Source: Camelus ferus (taxonomy: Eukaryota). From it: a DNA stretch of 64,000 bases. The position numbers and the translations under genes were made by a program. The DNA lies in the NCBI RefSeq assembly GCF_009834535.1, contig NC_045697.1, forward strand, positions 35,404,001 through 35,468,000, read 5' to 3'. Below the pieces are notes generated by a model. It saw nothing but the letters and a program-made list of their open reading frames with translations, did no database searches and was not told the DNA's origin. Shown here in pieces: positions 51,886 to 64,000 of this stretch; position 1 is the stretch's first letter; the number at the start of each line of letters is the position of its first letter.

Positions 51886-53699
51886 AAGCACTTTAAAGTA
51901 TTTAAAACCCTCACCTGGCCTGATATTTATAGCTTATGAAATATAAGCAGGCTTGTAAAATTCAGGTCAGCTTTCATTTACTAAGGTAGCAGCAAAATCC
52001 TTTAAGTAGTTAGCTTTCTTATTAGCTGTCCTGATATAAGATCTCTTTTGTGTAAAGAAATACCCGCTACAAGTCTCTGCTTTGGCTGTTTGGCTGCATT
52101 TCATACATACTTGTGTGTATGTGTGTTCCTTTACTATAACCGTTTGTTTTTAACTTAAGAAGTGTTTAATATGGAATTTTTAAACTTTCTAATAGAGGAC
52201 TGAGTGTAGATATTGTTTGAGAAAATACCAAGTTTGAATTAGGAAATGTAGGTTAGTTCACTAGGTAAGTTGATATACAGAAGTCAGAGTTCCAAGAAAA
52301 GCCGAGGGACGGGGAGAAAAATCCTCTATGTGTGAGAAGTTTGAAGAACTTGTAACCTCTTCTTTTTGGGAAATTCTTCTTAGGCCATTGGTCTCTTTAA
52401 GTCACCATTTTTAACCTATTTAACAATCATATTTTGTGATGTGCACAATATGTAGGAAAGTTGGTTCACTTATCAGTCCTAGTAATTACCCAATAATCTA
52501 GATTTTTAAAGTCTAGAAAACCTAGTGACTTTAAAAAAAGATATGTACTGATTTAACTGATATTTGATGAACGGTCCTAGAGATTGGTGGGTTCTCACTG
52601 GTGTTAATTTCCAGCGTAGAAAATCATAAAGTTAGCATCAAGAGAAAGCTTTTTATTAATCTTCCAGTTATAAATTAGACAAAGCTTGAGATTTAGTCTA
52701 CAGACCAGCTTGTTGGCAGTTAAAAGGACAGACCTTCTGGACCTCCTGAATGCTGCTGTTCTGGAGTTCGTAACGTGCCTGTTGGCTCTTGAGGCTAATT
52801 AAATCATCTAAAGTGATTTCTGAGTGGCTGCTCGCCTCATTTTTTCATGTTATATCAGCCGGATTCCTTTCACTAGCACCATCAGCTGACCCAGTTGGGC
52901 ACATGGGTTGTGGTTTAATGGTTTGGGGCAGTTCTTCTAGTAGTTGAAATGAAACCATTAGGTCCAGTATAAAGAAATCAGGTTAACTGCTAAATGCCAA
53001 GTATGCTAGGCCCTGGCCAGCTGTATTCCAGAAATATTTATTTTCTTCCCACTGCCTTTTTTTTTTTTTTTTTAATAACAACGAATGGAGATACAGCCAT
53101 TCAGCAGTGTTGACGTGATGTCCAACTTCGCATTTGGGTTCCCTTATGTATGAACAACTGTCCAGAGGTGATCAGCCCTGCAGAGTGGCAGGACTGGGAA
53201 GGCCCTGTCTTCTTCACCTCTCTAGGAGGGGCTCACTTCCTTTTTCAGTTACTCTTCATCTTACCCTGAGTCTTTGAGGTAGATAAGGTGAGAGGGCTTC
53301 CTCTTTCCCCGAATGTGGGACGGCCTCAGCCCTGTCCCTGTGCAGAGCCCTGGAGAGCTTGCAGCTGGAGGCGCCTTTGAAATGTCATTTTGTCTTTTAT
53401 ACCTCAGGTGTTTATTAAACTCATCATCACTATCTTGGTGCCACCTTTTCCAAAGCAGCCAAGTGAAAAAGTGATGAGCAGTGCCAAAAACCAGAGTTGT
53501 CACCGTTCCTGATATCTGCAGAGTTTCAGAAGAGCCACTGAAAGTGAGGGCGATGCCCCACTGAGAATTGTCTGGGCTGTCACTCACCCTGTGCCTGTTC
53601 CAGGACTGGTGCTGTTGAAGTGGAGTGTTAAGCTGCTTTAAAATCAGACCTCCCCCGTCACCCCCCACCCCTGTATAGGTAGTTGACTTCGCAAACATT

Positions 53700-54166
53700 G
53701 ATGTGTTTGTGATACAGCTCCCTACCGCCTGCCTTTTTGGTTCTGCACCTTGCTTTCTTCATTTTCACTTAACAGATCTTGGAAACTGTTCCATATTTGT
53801 GTGGATGGCTCCACTCATTTGTCTTGCTGGTGGCATAGTACTATTTTGTATGGAATGTGTTTAGCAAAGAAGTATTTAAGTAGTCCTTTATTAATAGACG
53901 TTTGGTTGTTTTTAATCTTTTACTACTACTAATAGTACTATAGTGAATATGGTTGAGTAGACATGTTTGTGTACCTGTGCTGGTGTGTCTGTAAGTTTCC
54001 ATTGGTGAAACTGCAGAGTCAGTAATTGGCTTCCATTTGGGTAGATACTGCAGAATTGCCCTCGGGAGAATTGCCCCTTACACTTCCACCGTTATGCATC
54101 ATAAGAGTTCATGTTTCTCCAAGCCCTTGTCAGTGGACTGAATTATCAAACTCTTGGATGTTTGCC
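53700..54166 (-). mobile_element. Old L1M fragment
   Basis: ttaatagacgtttggttgttttt..gagttcatgtttctccaagcccttgtcag. Confidence 0.55.
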
Positions 54167-54196
54167 AAACTGGAACTCATTTTTTGGGTGGGACCT

Positions 54197-54308
54197 CATT
54201 TTTATTTATTTATTTGTTTGTTTGTTTATTTATTTTTTAATGGAGGCACTGGGGATTGAACTGAGGACCTTGTGCATGTACTGTACCACTGAGCTGTATC
54301 CTCCTCCC
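54197..54308 (-). mobile_element. tRNA-derived SINE (camelid Vic-1-like)
   Basis: Minus strand GGGAGGAGGATACAGCTCAGTGGTACAG..GGTCCTCAGTTCAATCCCCAGTGCCTCC plus A-rich tail; A/B-box-like motifs; 16-bp direct repeat aaactggaactcattt at 54167-54182 and 54310-54325. Confidence 0.8.
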
Positions 54309-54462
54309 AAAACTGGAACTCATTTGTGAAGTTACCCTGTTCATGTTTCAGGGACTAAACTACCATGAACAGGAGCGTTTGGCGTGGTATTCATGTGTTT
54401 ACTTGCTGAGCTCTGTCCTCCTGATTTGATTGGTCTTTCTGTTTTGTTTTGTTTTTAAACAG

Positions 54463-54554
54463 GTAGTTATGCTTGTCCTAGCTTGGAAATTGGATGCACA
54501 AAACATGGGTTATTTTACTCTACAGGAATGGTTAAAAGGAATGACTTCTCTACA
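54463..54554 (+). CDS. DCUN1D4: DCUN1D4 exon 7 ([31 protein letters not shown])
   Basis: T-rich tract plus aacag acceptor, 92 nt, donor GTAAGT; DCN1 motif LAWKL..MG.FT..EW..GM. Confidence 0.96.
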
Positions 54555-54805
54555 GTAAGTCCTGAGGCTGCACTGGGGCAGGCGGGCGGGGGTCTCCTCT
54601 CCCTGCTGGCTGCCTCCCCGCTGGGATCTCGGCGAGCCCTGGTTGGGTGACTGGAGGAAAGCCAGGTGCCGCGGACAGGCTTCATCTGTGGCCATAGGTG
54701 TAAAGACTAAGCCCCATTTTTATACGATGAGGAGGGCTATTATGGATGAATTTTAGCAATTAAGGTCTTTATATAATGTATATTGTTTATTTTAGTGTTC
54801 TAGAG

Positions 54806-55130
54806 CAGCTCGATAAAAATAGGCCATCCTTTTCTCATATATGTGAGCCACAAAGATAATTTAAAATTTTCTAATAGCCACATTAAAAAGAAACAGGTAA
54901 AATTCATTTTAGTATATTTTATTTAACCCACAACATCTAAAATATTATCATTCCAACATATAATCAATATTTTAAAAATCAGTGAGTTATTTTACCTTCT
55001 TTTTTCATATTAAAACTTCAAAATCCGGTGTGTATATTTTACATTTGCAGAGCATGTCAGTTTTCATTAGCTATGTTTCAGGTGCTCCGTACCCACATGT
55101 GTCTAGTGTCTTCTGTATCGGACTGCACAG
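54806..55130. mobile_element. MER33-type hAT-Charlie fossil
   Basis: aaattttctaatagccacattaaaaagaaacaggt..tttaaccca..aaatattatcatt..atccggtgtgtat; flanks ttctagag/gtttagag. Confidence 0.75.
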
Positions 55131-55699
55131 GTTTAGAGCTTAAAAATCAGAGTATTAGCATCTACTGTACAGTTAGTGAGAAACAACTGAGTAAAGTATA
55201 ACTTTTAAGTGAAGATATTTGTTATCTTTTATTTTATATATTCTGATATTAGCTCTGGGCACAGTTAGAACTTCCTTACCCTAGTGATTAAAAAAATAGT
55301 AACGGTAAGGATTCTGTTTTTCTTACCTGGCCCAGAATGAGGAAAGTCAGTGGTTTTATGTGTTCACTTTGTGCTTGCATGCATATGTATCTGTGTGTTG
55401 TTTACCTATGTGCTTGCCAAGAGTTTCACTTAAGAAAACACAAATTGTTCTTCTCTGTCATCCGGGGAAAGACACACTTGAGGTGGATGGTGAAACGTGT
55501 CAGATGATGCTGGGGGAGGAGTGCTCATTCTTTCTGTAGGAACTGAAGTGCCTGAAAGGACTTCTCTTCTTCTTTTCACTTGAACCAGGAATAATAGACT
55601 TTAGTTTTCCTGGATTGAAATTGGAATTGAAATGGTTTTATGGCTTTATTTAAATAATTTTGGAACTGATCAACTTTTAGTATCATTGACCATTTACTC

Positions 55700-55930
55700 C
55701 TGGTAATAATGCTTTATTTGCACTGTGCCTTAGTTTGTGAGGACTTTTCACATTTCTCTCATTTGAGCCTCACGGCTCCCGCGACAGCTCAGGCTTTTTT
55801 CTGCACATTTTACAGATGAGGAAACTGAGGCTTAGAGGGGATTCGTGATTTCTGAAAGTAAGTGGTAGGAATGGGAAGAAAACCTAAGACTTCTGATTCT
55901 TAAGTCACATTCTTCCTCTAACAACTGTTG
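55700..55930 (-). mobile_element. MIR SINE
   Basis: cattttacagatgaggaaactgaggcttagagg. Confidence 0.8.
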
Positions 55931-58900
55931 CCTGATGACAAATGAATTTTAAATAAAAGCCAAATCACCCTTTTACAAATGCACTTTCCTCTCAGCCTGC
56001 TCTAGAATTTTGGGGTTAGTCTCTGAAATCTCTCAAAATTGTGTTTGTTGTGTTGGGGAACATCTCCTTGCGATTTTAAGCCTTCTAACCCTTGCATTGC
56101 TCTCCACGCTGCCTCTCTTTGTTGCTTTCCAAATAGAGCGCACGATGGCTGCTCTTTTTTTTTTTTTAAGGATCCTTGTTATGATGAATGCACAGCCAAA
56201 CTAAGATTTCATTCAAGGCTTTTGAGGAGGTGCCATCAACATTTTTTCAGGCACATTTCTATTTGTCTTAAGAGAGTATAATATCCGTTTTTGTATTGTT
56301 CTAGATTCTTTTTTACATTTGCCTTTACGAAGAATATTACACATTGCCAGGCCTTCCCCACGTTTTAAGGATCACATCACCTGGGAATTGAAATATGTGG
56401 TTTCCTGGAAGAAGTCTATTTGTACGTTCACAGGGAGGGGCCCAGGGTTGGGGGCGTTCTGCAAACTCTTTGTCGGTAACTCTGCTCGCCACTCTCTGTG
56501 ACACAGGAGGTGGCAGGTGGGTTCCTGTAGAATGCTGCCACGGGGTCCTTGCACTTCATGATGCGGTGACAAGCCCGAGCCACTGTAAAGGAACTGAGGA
56601 AGCTGCTTTCTTTCTTCATGTGAAAGTCTAAGATTAGATTCCTTATCAACGAAGTGAAGATGATTACTCAGAATAACCTTTAAGGTTCTTTGTAGTTCAA
56701 AAATAGTGCAATTTCAAGTTTTAAGAACTTCTGCCCCTCCTCTCCTTCCTGCCTTCCTAGATTCGTCATTTGTTCTGCAAATATTTAAATGGCAGTGATG
56801 TGCCAAGCACAGTATTCTAGGTCCTGGGAAACAAAAGCCAGGAACAAGACAAAGTCCATTTGGGGCAGGAGCTTGGAAGCAGTGTTCAGGCAAAACATCC
56901 AAAAGTAGTAATAGGTCATTTCTCTTTATGCTGCTTGAATTAACTAACTAAGTACTGAATGTACAAGGTATGTACACCCAGTAAATAAGAAAACTCAGAG
57001 GCTAATCATTTCTATGCTCTAAAGATGGTAAGTAGTTCATCTTTGAATGATCTGTTTTGTCTTCTGTTTTTCCTTTTTTGCTCATTTTTGGCTTTATTAA
57101 ACCTGTCCAGTGAACTTTTTGGGGCTCAATCTGTAATTAAAGTGTATTTAACAAAACCTTTCTAAAAAAATTATTACCATACAATAGGAGCATGCTAGAA
57201 ATCAGAAGCCCATGAGTTTTAGCACCAGACAGTTTTGAATCAGTTGTGCCACTCCCTGGTGTCCCTGGAAGCGTCCCTGAGACCAGGGTGGTGAAGTGAT
57301 GAAATGTGGCTTCCCCTGGGCACCTGAAGTCAGTCTCCTTGACACTGTCTAGAGCAGTGGTGTGCTTGGCCTCTCCAGGGCCACGTCTTGTGAGAGTCTT
57401 GGAAGAAGTGACGGCAGCTGGTAGGGAACGTCCATCCCCAGGCTTCCAGGGTCCCCCTCAGTCAGAGAAGGCCACAGCTCTTGTTTTAATCGACTATTTC
57501 ATTTATTGCCTCATTCCAACATGTGAGTTTAAGGTTACCCCTGATGAATTAAGCTTACAGGGATGTTTAAGGTAAATAAAACCAAACCGAAAAAAATAAA
57601 GTGTGTTAGAGTTGCAGCTAACTTTGCATAGAAGCAATGATGGACTGGGAAAATACCTTTGGGCTGACTCAGTGAAGGGGCAAAGCCTGTCCCAGGGTCG
57701 TGGGGTAGAACTGCCTTTGATTTTATAACCTTTGAGGATTATTGACTGGATTCCTATTGCTTCTGAATGTGTTACAGCAGCAAAGCTCAAAAAAGCCACG
57801 ATTCTATGATACATGCATATTTTGTTGTGAGAAATGATGCTCCTTAGCGGTGTGACACTGTCACTCTACGACTCCCACAAGTTTTCTTATTTGTGGTACA
57901 CAGAAAAGCCAGGGGAAGTGGGTTAAATGATGTGGCTACTTTCGAAAAGTCTCAGGCCAGGCCCGGTTCTTCACAGCCCCTTTGTTCTAACAAGTCCCTC
58001 TGCAGGTGGCCTTGTCGAGTGGCCACTAGGTGGCAGCCTGCGGTTCGGACCTGGGGACTTAGCAGCTGTCTCCCTGGTGGGGGTTAGTCCATAGCTCCAT
58101 GAGACAAAGCCCCTTTTAAAGCAGGTTGAACTCTTTATTGACAGTATCATCTCTAACCCATGTAACCATCCTTAGTGATACATGATGTGAAAAACCTACT
58201 TTGGGCAGTTTATGCTTGACACACCAGACAAGATCTGTGAGCGTCTTTCTTGATGTCTTTTGCCAGCACGGCTGGACTCACTCCCGACATGCTGCAGAAC
58301 TTCACGTTTTGTCTTGAAACGACTTTGCTTTCTGTTAGCCGTGCAGCGGTTGTATAAATGAGTGGTTCCTGCTCTAGAATCAGTTGAAACAAACAACTGC
58401 TCTTCTTCCTGGGAGCCGGGGAACCTTGGCCTTAGATGTTTTGGGGTTAGCTGATTTCCCTCCTCTTTGACCCTCCCCGATGTTACTACTAATAAAATAT
58501 GTTATTTATATACATGCTGGGAAAATCAAACCATACGGTAGAGTGCCCAATGCGACGTAAGCCCTGCTCCCACTCCTGCCTCTGAGACCCCCACTCACTG
58601 CGTTCTTGTGTATCCGTTTAGCCTTCATCACCCTCATTTCGGTTCTGGCATTAGATCTCTAACTAGGTTATCCATCAGTCTCTTTTTTTCCTTTCCTAAC
58701 CCTTCTACACACAGATCCAGTATGGGCTTTTCAGAATGGAAGCCTGGTTATGGTCTCTCCCATGGTAGGGGGTGGCTTCCATTGTTTCCAGGATTTAAAA
58801 AAAAAACAACCCAAATCCAAAAAACCCACTGTGGACCACCGAAACCCTTTGTGGTCTGGCTCCATTTCAGCTTCATCTTGTACTACTCTACCCAGTCTAG

Positions 58901-59559
58901 TCAAAATGGTTTTCTTTTAGTCTTTGGACTTGGTATGCTCCCTTCTGCCACTGGGCCTTTGCACATACTGTCCTGTAATCTGGAAAGCCCTCTCCTCCAA
59001 AAACATCTAGTTTCTGCTTATCTTTCAGCTCTCAGCTTACATGTCAGTCCCTTAAAAGAACCTTTTCTGACTTCTAAAATTGTCTAATTTTAATCTTTTT
59101 AAATTTTCAAACATGAAGAAATAAAGGACATTCTAAATTGTTGTAGACTCACAGAAATGATACATTTACTTTAACTTTTGGCTTTTAGATATTTTATCAT
59201 CTCAGTGGATCAGGAAGATTTTTTGTAGATAGCTACAAAAAAGCTTTCACAAACTTATTGCTAAAAATACATCAGTGTTCTCTGTTATGAACCATATTTT
59301 AATTTATAAAGTATTTAAATACTTATGTTGATAATATCTGTAATATGTATTATCCATACTTAGTATGTAGAAGCTTTACAGAGAAACACAAGGAAACACA
59401 TTTAGCATTGAAAAGCTTTCACATCACCAGTGAAAACAGTGACTCTTGGTTCTCATTGTTAAGGGCTAGATATTATGAACAGAAAATTAGTTTGTAAAAT
59501 AACCAGTTAGTCTACTTCCTTAAGGAAAATAAACAGTATGTCACTTACTTGTGAAAATA

Positions 59560-60650
59560 GGTTATCATCACCAGGGCTCCCTGGAGAAATGGCTGATTCA
59601 AGTCTAGTCTAGAGAGAGTACAAGGTGAGCTGGAATATTTTGTGCCGGAAAGCAAGGACATGCTCAGAGACTGTTGGGGACACGTCAGAAGGACCCTGGA
59701 GCCAGCTCGAAGGGGCCACTGCCCAAGTGAGGACAAATTGTGCATCAAAAATAATGAAGACAGTAACAGATGACAACACTGAATAAACAGCAAAAATCTT
59801 TAAGTCCAGAAAATAAGAAAGGTGGTGTGTAAAACTCTTCTTTCTAGAACAATTCCAGCCAGAAAGTGTAAAAACATGATAGAGTTAGAAAAAGCACCAT
59901 TCTGCATCTTCAAATGTAAGATGGATTCAGGCAGGGATCCTCAGCAGATGTTAAAACCATCCGGTGAGAGGTTTCTGAGGAACAGGAGTCACAGTCTCAA
60001 GGAATCATCCCCAGATTACATCCTGTTTCAGAGTGGGGAAGGGTACCATTAAGTGGAGACTGGCGGACATTACCTTCTCCAAGTGGTATTCTGGCGGCAT
60101 CACCAGTGGCAGGGCACACTGACATATGAGCCTCCTCGTGGGGGTGTACTGAGAAGGACATCACGTGGAGTGTCATTCAACCTCAGGGAATCACAGGGAA
60201 ATTACCTGACAAACAGATTCTGCAAAACAAGAAGTCTAGTATCTTCAAAAATGACATTGTCAAGACATACAGAAAAAGGGCAGGACACCCTTGCAGAGAC
60301 TAAGGAGATAGCTGATAGTGATGCGTGAGCTTTGAGTGGGTCCCAGATGGGAAGAAAGCAGCAGCTGTAAAGACAGTTGGGAAATTGCACATTGGCCATG
60401 CATTAGCTAAGAAAGTTAACGTTTCTAGAATATTAAGAATGATGATGGTATTTAAGCATTCAGGAGTAAAGCGGCATTATGTTGGCAATGTACTTTGCGA
60501 GTGGTACAGAAAAAAGTGCACGTATGAGGGGCGCACAAGCATGACCATGTTCACGGTGAACCGAGGTGGGCATGTGGGTGCTTAGTTACTATTTCTTCAA
60601 CTTTTCTGTACATTTGAAATTTTTTAAAATAAAAACTTTATAGAAAAATA
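59560..60650 (+). mobile_element. Old L1ME/MC 3' region
   Basis: Ends ..actatttcttcaacttttctgtacatttgaaattttttaaaataaaaa; typical L1M 3' UTR motifs. Confidence 0.65.
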
Positions 60651-60770
60651 TAGCTCATTGTGGACATTTTCCAACCCCAGGGTTTTTATTCTTTCAGTAT
60701 TGTGTTTTATATTATTACCCCACTTAAGAAAAAACTCGGGTTATAATTTGCCTTTATTCTGTTTTTCTAG

Positions 60771-60879
60771 ATGTGATACAACAGAAAAACTCAGAAATAC
60801 TTTGGATTACTTAAGATCATTATTAAATGATTCTACAAACTTTAAGCTTATTTACAGATATGCGTTTGACTTTGCACGG
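60771..60879 (+). CDS. DCUN1D4: DCUN1D4 exon 8 ([37 protein letters not shown]); gene continues past the window end
   Basis: tttttctag acceptor, 109 nt, donor GTGAGT at 60880; cumulative 615 nt = 205 codons with no stop. Confidence 0.96.
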
Positions 60880-63019
60880 GTGAGTTCTCTGGAGCCTATC
60901 CAGATGTTTCCCTCTCCTCCCTCCCCTTTTTATTGCCTTTTGAGGTTGTTTAACATGCTTCAGCAAGGAAGCTGAATAAGCTACTCCCAGGATGCTAGTT
61001 AGAATTTCTCTCTACATGTGTACTTTCTACACTGACTCTGATTTGAGCAAAAATCCAGTATGTCAGCAAAAGCTCTAGTGACGGACCTTTAATAGCTCTT
61101 GAGATTAGCTTAGAAGGAGCTTATAAATGAGCATGTAATAGACACTATTCTGTAAGTCTCTTAGGTAAGTTTGGGAAAGCTTTACTTCCCACGGAACAGC
61201 AAACCTTCACCACTGAGTTTGCTGGAATCAGCTCTCAGATAGAAGCCAGTTTCCCTTTGGGTGCTATATTGTATCTGGAAATCATCTGAATTTCAAATGT
61301 GAGCTAACTTCAGTGGACATTATTCAAACATAGTTTCCAGTCATCCTTTTGAGAAGTGATCAGTCTTGTTTGTCACAGTTCTACTGGGGTGAAATAAAGC
61401 TCTGTTTTTCAGCCTGGTCTCCATAGGTAGTGAATTCTGAGGCACTGGTTGGCATTGTGTTCATTCACAGCCCATGGCCAATATGTACGATTAAGCTGTA
61501 TTCCGGAATGGTGGTTTCTGTTATGTTTGTATGTATGGTGGGTTTAGGGCACTAGCTTTCTAGAGTGATGATTTTTTTTAAGCAGAGAATTCAGTGACTT
61601 TTTTTTTTTCTTATCACCATGTTGATCTTTTTCACTTTTTCCTTGCTTTGGTTCTGTTAGCTTCAGCACCGAAGGTTTACTTGATGGTGAATTCTGGTGC
61701 ATCTGTAATAACATTAGTTGTTCCCTGTAGTGTCTTCATTTGTGAATTTTTGCATTATGTTTGCAACCTTCAAATAAAATCAGGACATGCGTGGAAATGT
61801 ATAGGTGTTAGAAGTGATATGGTGAAATTCAGATGCAGTGTTTTAGTGGATGGTATTTGTGTAATTGTAGATAAAAGTTGTTTGCCAGATGCTTTTAGAA
61901 TGGATGCATAGTTTCTAGGATTAAATTTTTTTTCATGGGATTTTTTTCCCTCCCTGAGGTCAACTGCTGCTTATTGTATGGCTGCAAATTTGTTTAGAAG
62001 CATTATGCCTTCTCACCAAAATAAGCCATATTTTCTACCATCCTTGTTTGGGGGTCAGATTTTCCCACGTGTCCACTGCTTTAGAACCAGGTTCCATCTT
62101 GTTCCTCCCTGGCTTTATGTCCCCTTCTCAGTCAATCCCTGAGGCTCCTCTGTTCAGCTGCCTCTTTCTTGGTGCTTCCTCTACAGCCTTGGGGTTGAGG
62201 CCGGGCTCCTCCGCACCTATACTCCTGGGGCGGTCTTGTCTCCACGCGCTTTCCCTTTTCACCTGGTGCCACCCATCAGCTCACAAAGCCAGCAGCACCC
62301 ATCACCTCCCTGTGAATGCAGTGCTTCCCCGTGTAGATGGCACAGCTTCTCCCACAACAACCCTGAGAGACAGACAGGGATCGTTTCACCATCCTTCACA
62401 GCAGAGGAAAGTGGAGAGATTGGGCCTGGGGCACATGGTCGACCAGCAGCAGATCCAGGACGCAAACTCAGGTTGTGGCCCCAGGTCCCACCCGCGGGTC
62501 ACTCCAGGCCCTCACGTTCAAGTCCCGAGCTTCCTCTCCCGCAAGACACCTGTGTGGTGGTGACATCCAACTAGCTGTTGGCTGACCCTGCTGCCTGCAT
62601 CTTTGCCCTTGGCTCTCCTTGGAGCCCTGTCTGTGCTCCGACAGCTCCCTCCAGCATCGGGCTTCTGGGCCCAAGCCGCATGCTGCCACTTTCACGCAGC
62701 CTCCCCCGATCATCCCGCCCCGGCCATGTGTGCCTCCACTTACACAGCCTTTCTGTCCTCTCTGTCTTGCCTGTGGAGTTTGGGGACAGGCCTTAGTTTT
62801 TTTATGACAGATTAAGGGGCTACGTGTTTTCTTTCTTCATATCCCTTGTAGCAGCCTGCCAAGATCTTTGCTTTTAAGGAGAGTATCAGTAAATGTCAGT
62901 GAATTAAGCCCTTTCTGTAAGATAGATAACAACCACCCATATTTAATCATTACCAAAAAGATTCAGTTCAGCTAAAATAGGCTGTAAGATGAATTTGTTT
63001 GAGTCCTTTTTTTGTTTTG

Positions 63020-64000
63020 TTCAGCTGTATCCCACAAGTTTTGAGATGTGTATTCATTTGCATTCAGTTCAAATATTTTCCAGTTTCCCCTGTGATTGCT
63101 TTGGACCCACTGGTTATTTAGAAGTGTGTTGTTTGTGTTACTTTCCAACTGTTGAGAATTTTCCAAGTAATCTTTCTGTCGTTTCTGCTGTGGGCAGAGA
63201 ACACACTCTATACAATGTCAGTCCACTTAAATGTATGGAGTCTTGATTTACGGTCCAGAATATGGTCTGCTGTGATGAATGTTTTAAGTGTACCTGAAAA
63301 GAATGAATATTCTGCTGCTGTTCAGTGGACTGTTGTATAAATGTCAATTAGATCAAGTTGGTTGATGGTTGTTGTTTAGGTCTTCTGTATCCTTATTGAT
63401 TTCTGCCTACTGTTCCATCATCTCCTGAGAGAGGAACATTGAACTCTTCAACTATAATTACTCCTCCTGTTGCTTATATCATTTTTTGTGTCATGTATTT
63501 TGAAGTTCAGACATTAGGTTTAGATATACTTAGTATTACTACGTCCTTGAAGAATTGACCCTTTAGCAGTGTGACATGTCTGCCTTTATCTGATAGTATT
63601 CCTTGTTCTGCAGTCTACTTTATCTGATTCAAATGTAGCCATTTCTGCTTTTTTTTAAATTAAAGTCCATGTGATATGTCTTTTTTAATCCTCTTACTTT
63701 AAACCTATTTGTGTCTTTATATAGTGGGTTTCTTGTAGGTCGCATATGCGTAGTTAGGTCTGGCAGTGTGTGTCTTAATTGAGGTATTTAAACCATTCAC
63801 ATTTAATGTATTTGTTGGTGTGGTTGAGTTTACATCTCCTATATTGCTGTTTATTTCCTTTTTTGTCCTACCTGTTTTTGTTCCTCTTTTGCTCTTTCCA
63901 TGACTTGTTTTGGATTGGGGTTTTCTTTTTTCAGATTTATTTTAATCACTCCATTCCACTGTCATTAGCTGTGTATCTGTTTTATGTTGTGTGTGTGACT
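63020..64000 (-). mobile_element. Old L1M ORF2 (endonuclease region) fragment, runs off the window
   Basis: Minus-strand peptides LLNNQWV..FELN.NE.T..QNLWDTA and F..VH..S..D.I are degenerate L1 ORF2. Confidence 0.8.

Noticed and set aside
54240..54308. tRNA-like sequence on the minus strand
   Set aside because: Has an A-rich tail and TSD and lacks an intact anticodon arm, so it is a SINE rather than a tRNA gene
1..64000. Prokaryote-type systems (CRISPR arrays, operons, IS elements) and the remaining short ORFs
   Set aside because: The sequence is mammalian intron/intergenic DNA; no repeat-spacer arrays; the other ORFs show no recognisable homology or exon structure

Overview
Mammalian genomic DNA, probably a camelid, inferred from a Vic-1-like tRNA-derived SINE and no recognisable Alu, Bov-A, PRE-1 or Can-SINE. 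About 12.5 kb of repeat-rich upstream sequence is followed by the CpG-island promoter and coding exons 1-8 of DCUN1D4 (DCN1-like protein 4, cullin neddylation co-E3) on the + strand. The eight exons splice with GT-AG sites into an uninterrupted 615-nt frame of 205 codons (MHSDAAAVNFQLNSHL...YRYAFDFAR); the C-terminal exons lie beyond the window. The rest is intronic or intergenic and holds L1, L2, MIR, MaLR-like and Tigger/hAT fossils, some nested with visible target-site duplications (TSDs). I found no novel gene system. The most interesting signals concern DCUN1D4 isoforms and regulation: an alternative first exon with an intact donor but broken coding frame, an in-frame alternative acceptor at exon 2, a candidate intron-3 exon with an in-frame ATG next to a C/D-box-like motif set, and a second promoter module with paired ZNF143/THAP11 motifs. 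Repeat family names come from remembered consensus sequences, and most repeat boundaries are approximate.
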